DNA of 64,000 bases from assembly GCA_029264355.1 (NCBI GenBank), contig JARIBW010000014.1, positions 26,039 through 90,038 of the forward strand. Direction: 5' to 3'. Below the pieces are notes generated by a model. That model was not told where the DNA came from, searched no databases, and worked only from the letters and a program-made list of their open reading frames with translations. Below, one piece after another: positions 29,427-39,482 of this stretch. This DNA comes from Collinsella sp. (lineage in GTDB: Bacteria > Actinomycetota > Coriobacteriia > Coriobacteriales > Coriobacteriaceae). Position 1 is the first letter of the stretch, and each line of letters begins with the position of its first letter. A program made the position numbers and the translations under genes.

Positions 29427-30281
29427 TTATGGACACGGCGTCAGGGCGCCCTCGTCATAGGCGACGTCCATGAAGCACAGACCGCGGGCGGGGGCGGTGG
29501 GCCCTGCGGCACGGCGATCACATGCACAGAGGGCGTCGGAGAGCCATCGCTCGTCCCTCCTGCCCGTTCCGACCTCGACCAAGCTGCCCACGATCGTTCG
29601 AACCATCGAGTGGAGGAAGGCATTGCCGGTGATGGTGAAGGAGATATGCTCCTCCCCCAGTGCCGACTCCCGCCCAAACGAGACGGCGATGACGTTGCGG
29701 CACGTAGGCTTGCCGACGGCGGAGGATGTCTTGCAGAAGCTCTTGAAATCGTGCTCCCCCACCAAACACGCCGCCGCGCGTTGCATGGCGTCCATATCGA
29801 GTGGAAGACGATGCCACCAGGTGACGGAACGCGTGAGCAGCGGCGGGGCGTCCCCCGTGGCGATGCGATACGTATAGGTGCGTGAGCGCGCATCGAAACG
29901 GGCCGAGAATCCGGGACGCGCATGATATACGGCGCTCAGCGCGATATCGGAGGGCAGCAGGGCCGCCATGGCGCGCATCCAACGTGCGTGCGCGATGGAA
30001 AGTTCCTCGGCATGTGCGGGAATGCTCACATACTGGGACACGGCATGGACGCCGGCATCCGTGCGGCCGGCGCACGTCAGATCGACGGGGCGGCGCAAGA
30101 ACGTCTCGAGTGCGCGGCGGACCTCACCCGCCACGGTCCTCAGCCCCTCGGGCTGCTCGGCAAACCCGCTGAAGGAGGCGCCGTCGTAGCCCAAGCGGAA
30201 TACGAGCGTCCCATCGAGCTCATCGACGGCCGGATGGGCCCGGGGCACAGGTGCGGCGTCGGTAATGGCTGTCTTGGTCAT
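29427..30281 (-). CDS. truA: tRNA pseudouridine(38-40) synthase
   Basis: YDGASFSGF, AGRTDAGVHA, ARFDARSRTY, AFLHSMVR and AGPTAPARGL. Confidence 0.95.
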   Translation of the reverse strand: MTKTAITDAAPVPRAHPAVDELDGTLVFRLGYDGASFSGFAEQPEGLRTVAGEVRRALETFLRRPVDLTCAGRTDAGVHAVSQYVSIPAHAEELSIAHARWMRAMAALLPSDIALSAVYHARPGFSARFDARSRTYTYRIATGDAPPLLTRSVTWWHRLPLDMDAMQRAAACLVGEHDFKSFCKTSSAVGKPTCRNVIAVSFGRESALGEEHISFTITGNAFLHSMVRTIVGSLVEVGTGRRDERWLSDALCACDRRAAGPTAPARGLCFMDVAYDEGALTPCP

Positions 30282-30301
30282 GGAATCCCCTTTCATCGGG
30301 T

Positions 30302-32524
30302 TCATCCTATCAAAGAAGCGCCGATCACGGCCGCCATGAGCGCCAGCGAGACCATGAGCAGCATCCGATCGCGGCGGCTGAGCGGTCGGGGGACGGGCAG
30401 CCGCCCGGATGAAGACGCATCGTAGCAGCGGGCGGACATGGCCTCGGCGAGACGGTCGGCACGGCGGAACAACCCCACCATGAGCGGCGTGAGCACCGAC
30501 CCCCATATGCGAATACGTCGGACAAGGCCGCCCTCATCGAAGCGCGCCCCGCGGGCGCGCTGCGCCAGCCGGATGCGGGCGAGCTCCTCGCTCACCAAGG
30601 GGATGAAGCGCAAGGCCAGGGACAATACCGTGCCGAGTGCGGCCACGGGCACTCCGAGGCGCGCGAGCGGGCGAAGCATGCGCACGGCCGCATCGCTGAT
30701 CTGCGTGGCGGTGGTGGAGGCCGAAACCGCGAGGGAAAACCCCACGAGCATCAGGATACGCGCGACGGCGGCCATGCCCCGCATCCCACCGGCGGGGTCG
30801 AGGGCGATGGGACCCGCAAGCGGGATCGCGCCATGGCCGTCGCAAGACACGAGATTGGCCACGAGCGTGAACATCAAGATGATGGATGCGGGCCGCATGC
30901 CGCGGAGCACGTCGCGAACGCCCATATGCGCGCCGAGCATCGTGAGTGCGAGCGCGACAAACCAAAAGCCCCATTCCAGCGGGGCGGAGGCGGTGAAGAC
31001 GCCCAACGTGGCCACGAGGAGCAGCGAGATCTTGACGCGCGCATCGACATGGGCGAGCACAGTGCCCGCCACATAGCCGCCAAACGGCCCCATAGGGCCC
31101 TGAGAGCGGACGGAAGCCCCCTTGAGAGCATCCACCCCATCAGAGCGGACGACATGCGTTTCAGGGCCCTCGAGGGCCACTGGGCGCAACACGCCGCCCT
31201 CCAATGCCAGCACCCGGTCGGCGAGTCGCTCCCACTCGGGCAGATCGTGCGTGACGACGAGCACCGCGCGCCCTTCACCGGCAAGCCGGCGCGCAAGCCC
31301 GTGGATGAACGAACGACCCTCGGCATCGAGGGCGGCACTCGGCTCGTCGAATATGTATGCCGGCGCGTCCAAGGCGATAACCGAGGCGATGGCCACACGG
31401 CGCGCCTGACCGCCCGAGAGCTCGAACGGAGAGCGATCGAATACGTCCGGGGAAAGCCCGACCGCCCCGATGGCGCGCTCCACGAGCACGCGGACCTCCC
31501 CCTCGTCAAAACCCGCGTTTCGCGGGGCGAAAGCCACCTCGTCGAAGACCGTCTCGTGGAAGAACTGCGCTTCGGGCTGCTGGAAGGCCACCCCCACCAT
31601 CCCGGGGGCCGTCGGCCGGCCGCATACGCGCACCGAACCCGTATCGGGGTCGAGCAGGCCCGCGGCAAGAGACGAGAGCGTCGATTTGCCGGCACCGGAA
31701 GCGCCGACGAGTATCGTCAGCTCGCCGGCGAGCAGTGCGAGATCCACGCCATCAAGGATCGTCCTCCCGCCGCGGGAAAACCCGACGCCATCGAGGGAGA
31801 CGACGACCTCGCCGGCAGGCTCGAGGCCGGCATGGCGCACGAAACGGTCTCCCAAGTCGGCATCTACGCGGTTCGGCGGGCGGACATCGAACCCGCCGCA
31901 TGCAATCGTCCTGTCGGCGATCGCGATCTCGTCCTCATCATGTGTGATGAGGACGAGCCCCATCCCACGTTCATGGGAAAGCATCGTGAACAACCCGCGC
32001 ATAAGGCGGCGGGCGGACGGATCGAGTTGGGAGGTCGGCTCATCGAGCACCATATAGCGCGGTCGCATGGCCAACACGCCGGCAAGGGCGAGGCGTTGCT
32101 GCTCGCCGCCGGAGAGCTCCGTCGTGACCCGTTGGCCAAATCCATGCAGCAGTGACAAATTCAACGCCTCGTCGACACGACGGGCGACCTCGTCTTCATC
32201 AAGACCGAGATTTCGAGGACCGAACGCGACCTCATCGAATACCAGAGACGACACGATCTGATCGATCGGATCTTGCCGGACATAGCCGACCAACTCGCGG
32301 ACACGCAGACGTTCGAGCTCGTTGAGGGAAGGGTCGTGACCGTCAACGACCACGGCGCCTCCGTCAACAAGCTGCGCGGCGCACATCGCGCGGCCAAGCG
32401 ACGATTTGCCGCAACCGTTCGCCCCCACCAGGGCGACGATCTCACCGGGGGCGATACTGAGCGACACGCCGCCGATCGCGACGGCACCGTCATAGGCGAT
32501 GGATACCTCACGCAGGTCGAGCAT
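30302..32524 (-). CDS. Fused ECF transporter module EcfA-EcfA'-EcfT
   Basis: Two ABC domains (GANGCGKS/LSGGEQQR/LDEPT; GASGAGKS/LSGGQARR/FDEPS), then EcfT motifs DARVK, LRFIP, AQRARG and EAMSARCY, all in one uninterrupted frame. Confidence 0.88.
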   Translation of the reverse strand: MLDLREVSIAYDGAVAIGGVSLSIAPGEIVALVGANGCGKSSLGRAMCAAQLVDGGAVVVDGHDPSLNELERLRVRELVGYVRQDPIDQIVSSLVFDEVAFGPRNLGLDEDEVARRVDEALNLSLLHGFGQRVTTELSGGEQQRLALAGVLAMRPRYMVLDEPTSQLDPSARRLMRGLFTMLSHERGMGLVLITHDEDEIAIADRTIACGGFDVRPPNRVDADLGDRFVRHAGLEPAGEVVVSLDGVGFSRGGRTILDGVDLALLAGELTILVGASGAGKSTLSSLAAGLLDPDTGSVRVCGRPTAPGMVGVAFQQPEAQFFHETVFDEVAFAPRNAGFDEGEVRVLVERAIGAVGLSPDVFDRSPFELSGGQARRVAIASVIALDAPAYIFDEPSAALDAEGRSFIHGLARRLAGEGRAVLVVTHDLPEWERLADRVLALEGGVLRPVALEGPETHVVRSDGVDALKGASVRSQGPMGPFGGYVAGTVLAHVDARVKISLLLVATLGVFTASAPLEWGFWFVALALTMLGAHMGVRDVLRGMRPASIILMFTLVANLVSCDGHGAIPLAGPIALDPAGGMRGMAAVARILMLVGFSLAVSASTTATQISDAAVRMLRPLARLGVPVAALGTVLSLALRFIPLVSEELARIRLAQRARGARFDEGGLVRRIRIWGSVLTPLMVGLFRRADRLAEAMSARCYDASSSGRLPVPRPLSRRDRMLLMVSLALMAAVIGASLIG

Positions 32525-32563
32525 GCCACTCCCTTCAAATGCAAGCGCGCGACGATACGAAAA

Positions 32564-32587
32564 AGGGCGGTTCCGAAGAACCGCCCT
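32564..32587 (-). terminator. Intrinsic terminator after rplQ
   Basis: AGGGCGGTTC-TTCG-GAACCGCCCT-TTTT on the minus strand (UUCG loop). Confidence 0.85.
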
Positions 32588-32614
32588 CGTGTGCAGTTGG
32601 CAAAGTAGCACGAG

Positions 32615-33109
32615 CTACTCAGCAGACTCCTCGGCCGGAGCCTCGGCAACCTCGGTCTCAACGACCTCGACGGCCTCCTCAGCCTCAACGACCTTGGGGG
32701 CAGCGGCCTTCTTGGCCGGGGTGGCCTTCTTGGCCTTGGGGGTGCAGGGCTCGGAGACGATCTCGATGATGACCATCTCGGCGCAATCGCCCTTGCGCGG
32801 GCCGAGCTTCATGATGCGAGTATAACCGCCGTTGCGGTCAGCCCACATGCCCTGAGCGGCCTTGTCGAAGATCTCGGCGACGAGGTCCTTGTCACCGAGC
32901 TTGGCGATGGCGAGACGACGAGAGTGCAGGTCGCCCTTCTTGGCCCAGGTGATGATGGGCTCAGCGTAGCTGCGCAGCGCCTTGGCGCGGGTCTCGGTGG
33001 TCTTGATGCGATCGTTCTCGAAGAGCGCCTTGGCAAGGCTCTTCTTCATGGCCTTGGTGTGGCTGGCATCGGTGCCGAGCTTCAGGCCCTTCTTCTTGTT
33101 GTGACGCAT
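32615..33109 (-). CDS. rplQ: 50S ribosomal protein L17
   Basis: MRHNKK, RIKTTETRAK and GGYTRIMKLG, with an acidic C-terminal tail. Confidence 0.98.
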   Translation of the reverse strand: MRHNKKKGLKLGTDASHTKAMKKSLAKALFENDRIKTTETRAKALRSYAEPIITWAKKGDLHSRRLAIAKLGDKDLVAEIFDKAAQGMWADRNGGYTRIMKLGPRKGDCAEMVIIEIVSEPCTPKAKKATPAKKAAAPKVVEAEEAVEVVETEVAEAPAEESAE

Positions 33110-33135
33110 GGTCTGGTTCTCCTCTATTACCTGGG

Positions 33136-34077
33136 TTAAGCCTTGAGGCTGAGACCCATGGACTCAAGCTTGTCCTTGACTTCCTCGATCGACTTCACAC
33201 CGAAGTTGCGGATGTTCAGCAGGTCGTTCTCGGAGAACTCGACCAACTGGCGCACGGAGTGAATGCTGGCGCGCTTGAGGCAGTTGTAGGAACGGACGGA
33301 AAGGTCCAAATCCTCGATCTGCTTGTCAAGCTCGGCGTTGTCGCTCGTGACCTCGGGGGCGAAGATGGAGACCTCCTCCTCCGCCTCGGGCTCATCGGCC
33401 AAGGTCATGAACGCAGCCATGTGCTGGTTGATGATGTTGGCAGCGGAGACGACGGCGTCGCGCGGGGAAATCGCGCCATTGGTCTCGATCTCGAGAACCA
33501 GACGGTCGTAGTCGGTGTGCTGACCAACGCGGCAAGCCTCGACGAGCTTGGCGCAGCGCTTGACCGGCGAGAAGAGCGAGTCGACATGAATGATGCCGAT
33601 CGGATCGTTGTCGCGCTTGTTCTGCTCGTAGGACACGTAACCGCGGCCATACCCGATGCGCATGCTCATGGTCAGATGACCGCCCTCGGTGAGGGTGGCG
33701 ATGTGCTGCTCGGGGTTCACGAGCTCGAACTCGGACGGGATGAAGAAGTCAGCGCCGGTAACCTCGCAAGGACCGTCGACCGAGATGGTCGCGGTGCCCT
33801 CGTCCGTGGTACCGAGCGTGCGGAACACGAGACCCTTCACGTTCAGGACGATGTCGGTGACATCCTCGACCATGTTGGGAATCGTGGTGAACTCGTGCTG
33901 GGCGCCATCGATCTGGATGGCCTCGACGGCTGCACCCTCGAGCGAGGACAGCAGCACACGGCGCAGGGAGTTACCCAGCGTGTCGCCGTATCCACGCTCC
34001 AGAGGCTCGACGGAGACGCGAGCAGCGGTGTCGCTGATCTCCTCGACGTGAACCTGGGGCCTGATGAATTCTGACAT
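33136..34077 (-). CDS. rpoA: RNA polymerase alpha subunit
   Basis: EPLERGYGDTLGNSLRRVLLSS and LSVRSYNCLKR. Confidence 0.99.
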   Translation of the reverse strand: MSEFIRPQVHVEEISDTAARVSVEPLERGYGDTLGNSLRRVLLSSLEGAAVEAIQIDGAQHEFTTIPNMVEDVTDIVLNVKGLVFRTLGTTDEGTATISVDGPCEVTGADFFIPSEFELVNPEQHIATLTEGGHLTMSMRIGYGRGYVSYEQNKRDNDPIGIIHVDSLFSPVKRCAKLVEACRVGQHTDYDRLVLEIETNGAISPRDAVVSAANIINQHMAAFMTLADEPEAEEEVSIFAPEVTSDNAELDKQIEDLDLSVRSYNCLKRASIHSVRQLVEFSENDLLNIRNFGVKSIEEVKDKLESMGLSLKA

Positions 34078-34106
34078 GTAATACCTCCAGCGTAGCGCGC
34101 GAACGA

Positions 34107-34703
34107 TTACTTCGAGTAAAGCTCGACGATGAGCTGCTCGTTGATATCGCCGCTGATCTGGTCACGAGAGGGCAGCGAGATGACGTTGCCGGAAAGCTTC
34201 TCGATGTCGACCTCGAGCCAGCCGGGAACCTCAAAGCGCTCGGAGGAGATGAGGGCCTCCTTGATGGGGAGCAGGTCGCGGAACTTCTCACCAACGGCGA
34301 TGACGTCGCCGGCCTTCACGCGATAGGACGGGATGTCGACGCGCTTGCCGTTCACGGTGAAGTGGCCGTGGCGGACGGTCTGACGAGCCTCCTTGCGGGT
34401 GCGAGCGAAGCCGAGACGGAACACGACGTTGTCGAGACGGGTCTCGAGGATGGTCATGAGGTTCTCACCGGTGACGCCGTCCATGCGGAGGGCGTTCTCG
34501 TAGTAGTGGTGGAACTGCTTCTCAAGAACACCGTAGATGAACTTGACCTTCTGCTTCTCGCGCAGCTGCATGCCGTACTCAGATTCCTTGCGACGGCGCT
34601 TGGGCTGGCGGATAGATTCCTTCTTGCTGCTGTAACCCAGCTCAACGGGATCGATCCCGAGCTGGCGGCAGCGCTTGAGAACCGGAGTCCTGTCGATTGC
34701 CAT
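34107..34703 (-). CDS. rpsD: 30S ribosomal protein S4
   Basis: SEYGMQLREKQK, LETRLDNVVFRLG and LIVELYSK. Confidence 0.98.
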   Translation of the reverse strand: MAIDRTPVLKRCRQLGIDPVELGYSSKKESIRQPKRRRKESEYGMQLREKQKVKFIYGVLEKQFHHYYENALRMDGVTGENLMTILETRLDNVVFRLGFARTRKEARQTVRHGHFTVNGKRVDIPSYRVKAGDVIAVGEKFRDLLPIKEALISSERFEVPGWLEVDIEKLSGNVISLPSRDQISGDINEQLIVELYSK

Positions 34704-34722
34704 AGTAAATCGATCCTTTCAG

Positions 34723-35130
34723 TTACACGCGGCGACGCTTCTTGGGGCGGCAGCCGTTGTGCGGGATGGGGGTCTTGTCCTGGATGCTGGCGACCTCGAG
34801 GCCGGCGGCCTGGAGGGAGCGGATCGCGGTCTCGCGGCCCGAACCGGGGCCCTTCACGAAGACGGCGACCTTGTGCATGCCGTGCTCCATGGCGGCCTTG
34901 GCGCAAGCCTCGGCGGCCATCTGAGCGGCAAACGGGGTCGACTTACGGGAGCCCTTGAAGCCCACCGTGCCGGCCGACTGCCAGGCGATGACGTTGCCCG
35001 CGGGATCGGTGATGGAAACGATGGTGTTGTTGAACGTAGAACGGATGTGAGCCTGGCCCACGGAAATGTTCTTACGGTCGGCGCGCTTGATACGGGTGGA
35101 GGCGCCGCGCTTGTTCTTTGCAGTAGCCAT
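34723..35130 (-). CDS. rpsK: 30S ribosomal protein S11
   Basis: [18 protein letters not shown] and [10 protein letters not shown]. Confidence 0.99.
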   Translation of the reverse strand: MATAKNKRGASTRIKRADRKNISVGQAHIRSTFNNTIVSITDPAGNVIAWQSAGTVGFKGSRKSTPFAAQMAAEACAKAAMEHGMHKVAVFVKGPGSGRETAIRSLQAAGLEVASIQDKTPIPHNGCRPKKRRRV

Positions 35131-35146
35131 TATGCGTCAGTCTCCC

Positions 35147-35521
35147 TTATTTCTTCTTCTTGGCACCGATCTGACGCTTCGGACCCTTGCGGGTGCGAGC
35201 GTTGGTGTGGGTGCGCTGGCCGCGAACAGGGAGGCCCTTGCGGTGACGAAGGCCACGGTTGCAGCCGATGTCCATGAGGCGCTTGACGTTCTGAGAGCGC
35301 TCACGACGGAGATCGCCCTCGACCATCAGGCCGTTCTGATCAATGTAATCGCGGATCGCCGAGATCTGCTCCTCGGTGAGGTCCTTGATGCGAGTGCCGT
35401 CGACAATGTTGAGATCGGCGCACATCTTCGCTGCGGTGGTGCGGCCGATGCCGTAGATGTAGGTCAGACCAATCTCCGCACGCTTCTCGTTCGGAAGGTC
35501 GACACCGTTAATACGGGCCAC
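35147..35521 (-). CDS. rpsM: 30S ribosomal protein S13
   Basis: [10 protein letters not shown] and [16 protein letters not shown]; GTG start. Confidence 0.99.
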   Translation of the reverse strand: MARINGVDLPNEKRAEIGLTYIYGIGRTTAAKMCADLNIVDGTRIKDLTEEQISAIRDYIDQNGLMVEGDLRRERSQNVKRLMDIGCNRGLRHRKGLPVRGQRTHTNARTRKGPKRQIGAKKKK

Positions 35522-35536
35522 TGTGGATCTCCTCTC

Positions 35537-35650
35537 TTAGCCCTGGCGCTGCTTGTGGCGCGGGTTCTCGCAAATCACGAGGACCTTGCCATGGCGGCGG
35601 ATGATTTTGCACTTATCGCACATCTTCTTGACGGAAGGGCGTACCTTCAT
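35537..35650 (-). CDS. rpmJ: 50S ribosomal protein L36
   Basis: Hand-translated [37 protein letters not shown] (below the ORF-track cutoff). Confidence 0.98.
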   Translation of the reverse strand: MKVRPSVKKMCDKCKIIRRHGKVLVICENPRHKQRQG

Positions 35651-35799
35651 CGTTCTTCCTTTCGGTAGTGCTCAAGCTACAAGGTGGAATGTTATCTACT
35701 CGCCCAGCCGCAGGCGTTTACAACGAATGGCTGGTTGCGCGGCACGGGCGCCGGGGGCAGAGCACTCCCCTTCCTCCTGTGCCGACACAAAGACTGTCG

Positions 35800-36027
35800 C
35801 TACTTATAGCGATAGGTGATGCGACCGCGGGTGAGGTCGTACGGAGACAGCTGCACCGTGACCTTATCGCCCGGGAGAATGCGGATGTAGTTCATACGAA
35901 TCTTGCCGGAGATCGAGCAGAGAACGGAAACGCCGTTCTCCAGCTCAACGCGAAACATGGCGTTGGGCAGCGGCTCAGTGACCGTACCTTCAAGTTCGAT
36001 GGCGTCTTCCTTCTTCAAGGCAATCAT
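35800..36027 (-). CDS. infA: Translation initiation factor IF-1
   Basis: [22 protein letters not shown] and [15 protein letters not shown]; the exact start is uncertain. Confidence 0.97.
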   Translation of the reverse strand: MIALKKEDAIELEGTVTEPLPNAMFRVELENGVSVLCSISGKIRMNYIRILPGDKVTVQLSPYDLTRGRITYRYK

Positions 36028-36138
36028 CTTTCTCTTGAAAACGACAGCAGCATTGCATATTACTACATGCCAAACACACGACTGGCAAATTCCCAATCGC
36101 TACATAATTTTTTCCTGACCCATCGTAGATGGATCAGC

Positions 36139-36927
36139 TTACATGGCACCGCCGGACATCGAGCACCACGGACCCTTGGCATCCTGGGTGAGAATCACGG
36201 GGCCATCCTCAGTGATGGCGATCGTGTTCTCGTAGTGAGCCGCGGGCAGGCCGTCGTTGGTGCTGACCAACCAGCCGTCGGCGCCGGTGTGCACACGGTT
36301 GGAACCGAGCGTGATCATCGGCTCGATGGCGATGACCATACCGGCCTCGAGCTTCACGCCGCGGCCCTTCTTGCCGTAGTTCGGCACGTTGGGATCCTCG
36401 TGCATGGCACGACCGACGCCGTGGCCGACGTAATCGCGGAGAACGCCATAGCCGTTACCCTCTGCGAGCGACTGCACGGCATGACCGATATCGCCGATGT
36501 GATTGCCGGGAACGGCTTGCTCGATTCCGGCCTTCAGGCAGTCGAGCGTGCACTCGCACAGACCCTGGACCTCGACCGAGGGGGTTCCGACGTAGAAAGT
36601 CCACGCATTGTCCCCCACCCAGCCATCGACGACGGCACCCGTGTCGATCGAGATGATATCGCCGTCACGCAGGATGACGTCCGGGTTGGGAATACCGTGG
36701 ACCACGGCATCGTTCAACGACGCGCAGATGGAACCGGGAAAGCCGCCATAGCCCTTGAAGGCAGGGGTCCCACCGTGCATGCGGATGATCTGCTCGGCGA
36801 GCTGGTCGAGCTCGAAGGTCGACACGCCGGGACGAATCATCGCCCCGACGTGGCGGAGCGCCATTTTGGACAGCGCTCCGGCCTTCTTCATCTGCTCAAT
36901 TTCGGCGGCAGACTTGAACTTGATCAT
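36139..36927 (-). CDS. map: Methionine aminopeptidase
   Basis: ICASLNDAVVHGIP, DTG, GHGVGRAMHE, IEPM and AHYENT. Confidence 0.98.
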   Translation of the reverse strand: MIKFKSAAEIEQMKKAGALSKMALRHVGAMIRPGVSTFELDQLAEQIIRMHGGTPAFKGYGGFPGSICASLNDAVVHGIPNPDVILRDGDIISIDTGAVVDGWVGDNAWTFYVGTPSVEVQGLCECTLDCLKAGIEQAVPGNHIGDIGHAVQSLAEGNGYGVLRDYVGHGVGRAMHEDPNVPNYGKKGRGVKLEAGMVIAIEPMITLGSNRVHTGADGWLVSTNDGLPAAHYENTIAITEDGPVILTQDAKGPWCSMSGGAM

Positions 36928-37550
36928 AGACCGAGCTCGGATTTCACATCGGTGTACACGACATCGATGTCTCGATTGCCGTCGACGGCCTTGAGAATCC
37001 CCTGACCGCGATAGTACTCGACCAGCGGGCTGGTGTTCTTCTCGTACACATCGAGGCGGTTCTTGATGGTCTCCGGCTTATCGTCGTCTCGCTGATACAT
37101 CTCGCCGGCGCAAGACGGGCACACGGCGGTGTCCGGACCGGCGGTGTAACCGCAGTCGCGGCACGTGCGACGGGAGGACAGGCGATCGATGATGACCTCG
37201 GCCGGAACATCGACCAACAGAGCGCCATCGAGCTCGCGGCCCAGGGAGGCCAACTCGGTATCGAGCGTCACGGCCTGAGTGGTGTTGCGCGGGAAACCGT
37301 CGAGGATGAAGCCCTTCTGGGCGTCATCGGCGGCAAGACGCTCCTTGACGAGGTCGATCACGAGCTGGTCGGGGACGAGCTCGCCGGCATCCATGTACTT
37401 CTTGGCGGCGACGCCGAGCTCGGACTGGGCCTTGACGGCAGCTCGGAGCAGGTCGCCGGTGGAGATGTGCGCCACGCCGTAATCGGCGACGAGGCGCTGG
37501 GCCTGAGTGCCCTTACCGGCGCCGGGGGCGCCCAGCAAAACGATGTTCAT
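36924..37550 (-). CDS. adk: Adenylate kinase
   Basis: GAPGAGKGT, ILDGFPR, Zn-lid CxxC...CxxC and QRDDD. Confidence 0.98.
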   Translation of the reverse strand: MNIVLLGAPGAGKGTQAQRLVADYGVAHISTGDLLRAAVKAQSELGVAAKKYMDAGELVPDQLVIDLVKERLAADDAQKGFILDGFPRNTTQAVTLDTELASLGRELDGALLVDVPAEVIIDRLSSRRTCRDCGYTAGPDTAVCPSCAGEMYQRDDDKPETIKNRLDVYEKNTSPLVEYYRGQGILKAVDGNRDIDVVYTDVKSELGL

Positions 37551-37568
37551 AAGAGACTCCTTTGAGGC

Positions 37569-38855
37569 CTACTTGAAGAAACCGTCGTAATCGTACATCT
37601 TGAGCTGGCTCTCGACCTTGTCGATGGTGTCCAACACGACACCGACCATGATCAGAACCGAGGTACCGCCAAAGGCCTGGATGAGCGCGTTGTTCGTGAA
37701 GGAGAACACGATCGAGGGGACGATGGCGATCAGCGCGAGGAAGATGGCGCTCGGGAGCGTGATCTTGTTCAACGCGTTCTTGATGTAGTGAGCCGTCTGC
37801 TTGCCGGGACGGACGCCGGGAATGAAGCCGCCCTGCTTCTTGAGGTTCTCGGCCGTCTCGTCCGGGTTGAACACCATGGACGTGTAGAAATAAGCGAAGA
37901 ACACGATGAGGACGACGTTCAAGATCCAGTTGATCCAACCGCTGGACAAAGCACCGGCAAAGGCCTGCATCCAACCGACGTTGGGGAAGAAGACCGCGAG
38001 CTGAGCCGGGAAGTACAGCAGGGCGCTCGCGAAGATGATCGGGATGACGCCGGCGGTGTTCACCTTGATCGGCAGGTAGGTGGACTGACCACCCATGATG
38101 CGACGACCGACCACGCGCTTTGCGTACTGCACGGGGATGCGACGCTGACCGCGCTCGAGGTAGACGATGAACGGGATGACGCACAAGATCACCACGAGGA
38201 TGACGAGCGTGGTGATGACGCCCATGTTACCGCCCTCGATGGACTGGAAGATCGCCTGGGGCAGACCGGCCATGATGTTGGCGAAGATGATCAGACTCAT
38301 ACCGTTGCCGATGCCACGCTGCGTGATGAGCTCGCCGATCCACATGATGAGCATGGCGCCCGCGGTGAGCGTGCCCACGATCATGATGTCGAAGATGATC
38401 TCAGGGGCGCCCGCACCGTTGAACTGAATGCCGAAGCTCTTGAAGAGGAAGAGGTAACCGACGGAGTTCAGCAAGGCGAGGCCGAGCGTGAGATACCGGG
38501 AGTATTGGGTGATCTTGGTCTGGCCGACCTCACCCTCACGGGCAAGCTCATGCAGGCTGGGCACGACGGCCTGGAGCATCTGCATGATGATGGAGCTCGT
38601 GATGTAGGGCATGATGCCCAGGGAAAAGACGGACACGTAGGAAAGCGCACCGCCCGAGAAAAGATTCAGCAGGGCCATCGCACCGCTGGCGAACGTATCG
38701 CCAGCGGATTGGAAAAGGCCCGACATCGCCTGAAAGGGGATGCCGGGCACGGGAACGTGTGCACCGATGCGGTACACAACGAGCATCGCGATGGTAAAAA
38801 GAATCTTTCCGCGGAGTTCCTTGATGCGGAAGGTATTCTTCAAACCAGTTAGCAC
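37569..38855 (-). CDS. secY: Preprotein translocase SecY
   Basis: FSLGIMPYITSSII, GIGNGMSLIIF, GGFIPGVRPG and FGGTSVLI. Confidence 0.99.
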   Translation of the reverse strand: MLTGLKNTFRIKELRGKILFTIAMLVVYRIGAHVPVPGIPFQAMSGLFQSAGDTFASGAMALLNLFSGGALSYVSVFSLGIMPYITSSIIMQMLQAVVPSLHELAREGEVGQTKITQYSRYLTLGLALLNSVGYLFLFKSFGIQFNGAGAPEIIFDIMIVGTLTAGAMLIMWIGELITQRGIGNGMSLIIFANIMAGLPQAIFQSIEGGNMGVITTLVILVVILCVIPFIVYLERGQRRIPVQYAKRVVGRRIMGGQSTYLPIKVNTAGVIPIIFASALLYFPAQLAVFFPNVGWMQAFAGALSSGWINWILNVVLIVFFAYFYTSMVFNPDETAENLKKQGGFIPGVRPGKQTAHYIKNALNKITLPSAIFLALIAIVPSIVFSFTNNALIQAFGGTSVLIMVGVVLDTIDKVESQLKMYDYDGFFK

Positions 38856-39298
38856 GGAAGCTCGACCTTTCCGCCAGCGGCCTCGATCTTGGCCTTCGCG
38901 GAAGCGGAGACCTTGTCGACCTTGACCGTGAGCTTCTTGGACAGCTCGCCGTCGCCGAGCACCTTGACGGGCTCGAACTCGGACTTGGTGATGCCGGCGG
39001 CCTTGAGGGAGGCACCGTCAACGACGGCACCGTCCTCGAACTTGACCTCGAGCGTAGAGACGTTCACAGCGGTGAACTCGATACGACGGGGGTTCTTGAA
39101 GCCGGGGAGCTTGGGGAGACGCATCGCGAGCGGGGTCTGGCCGCCCTCGAAGCCGGCGCCCTTGGTGCCGCCGGAGCGGGAGCCCTGGCCGTTCAGGCCG
39201 CGACCGGCGTAGGTGCCGCCCTTGCCGGAGTTACCGCGACCGACGCGCTTGCGGCTGTGGGTGGAACCCTGAGCCGGAGTAAGGTCATGAAGCTGCAT
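38849..39298 (-). CDS. rplO: 50S ribosomal protein L15
   Basis: RKRVGRG and GFEGGQTPL. Confidence 0.99.
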   Translation of the reverse strand: MQLHDLTPAQGSTHSRKRVGRGNSGKGGTYAGRGLNGQGSRSGGTKGAGFEGGQTPLAMRLPKLPGFKNPRRIEFTAVNVSTLEVKFEDGAVVDGASLKAAGITKSEFEPVKVLGDGELSKKLTVKVDKVSASAKAKIEAAGGKVELPC

Positions 39299-39300
39299 TG

Positions 39301-39480
39301 TTACTCCTCCACAATCTCAACGAGATGCTTGACCTTGAAGATCATGCCACGCACGCCCTCATTGTCGGTGATCTCGCGGGTGTCGTTGATGCGATGCAGG
39401 CCGAGGGCGCGGACGGTGCGGCGCTGATCCTCCTTGCAGCCGTTGATGCTGCGGACCTGCTTGATCTTGATGGTAGCCAT
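39301..39480 (-). CDS. rpmD: 50S ribosomal protein L30
   Basis: Hand-translated MATIKIKQVRSING...TVRALGL...RGMIFKVKHLVEIVEE (59 aa). Confidence 0.97.
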   Translation of the reverse strand: MATIKIKQVRSINGCKEDQRRTVRALGLHRINDTREITDNEGVRGMIFKVKHLVEIVEE

Positions 39481-39482
39481 GC

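Noticed and set aside
32615-32760. L17 C-terminal Ala/Glu/Lys extension
   Set aside because: Such tails are common in actinobacterial L17, so it is not notable by itself.
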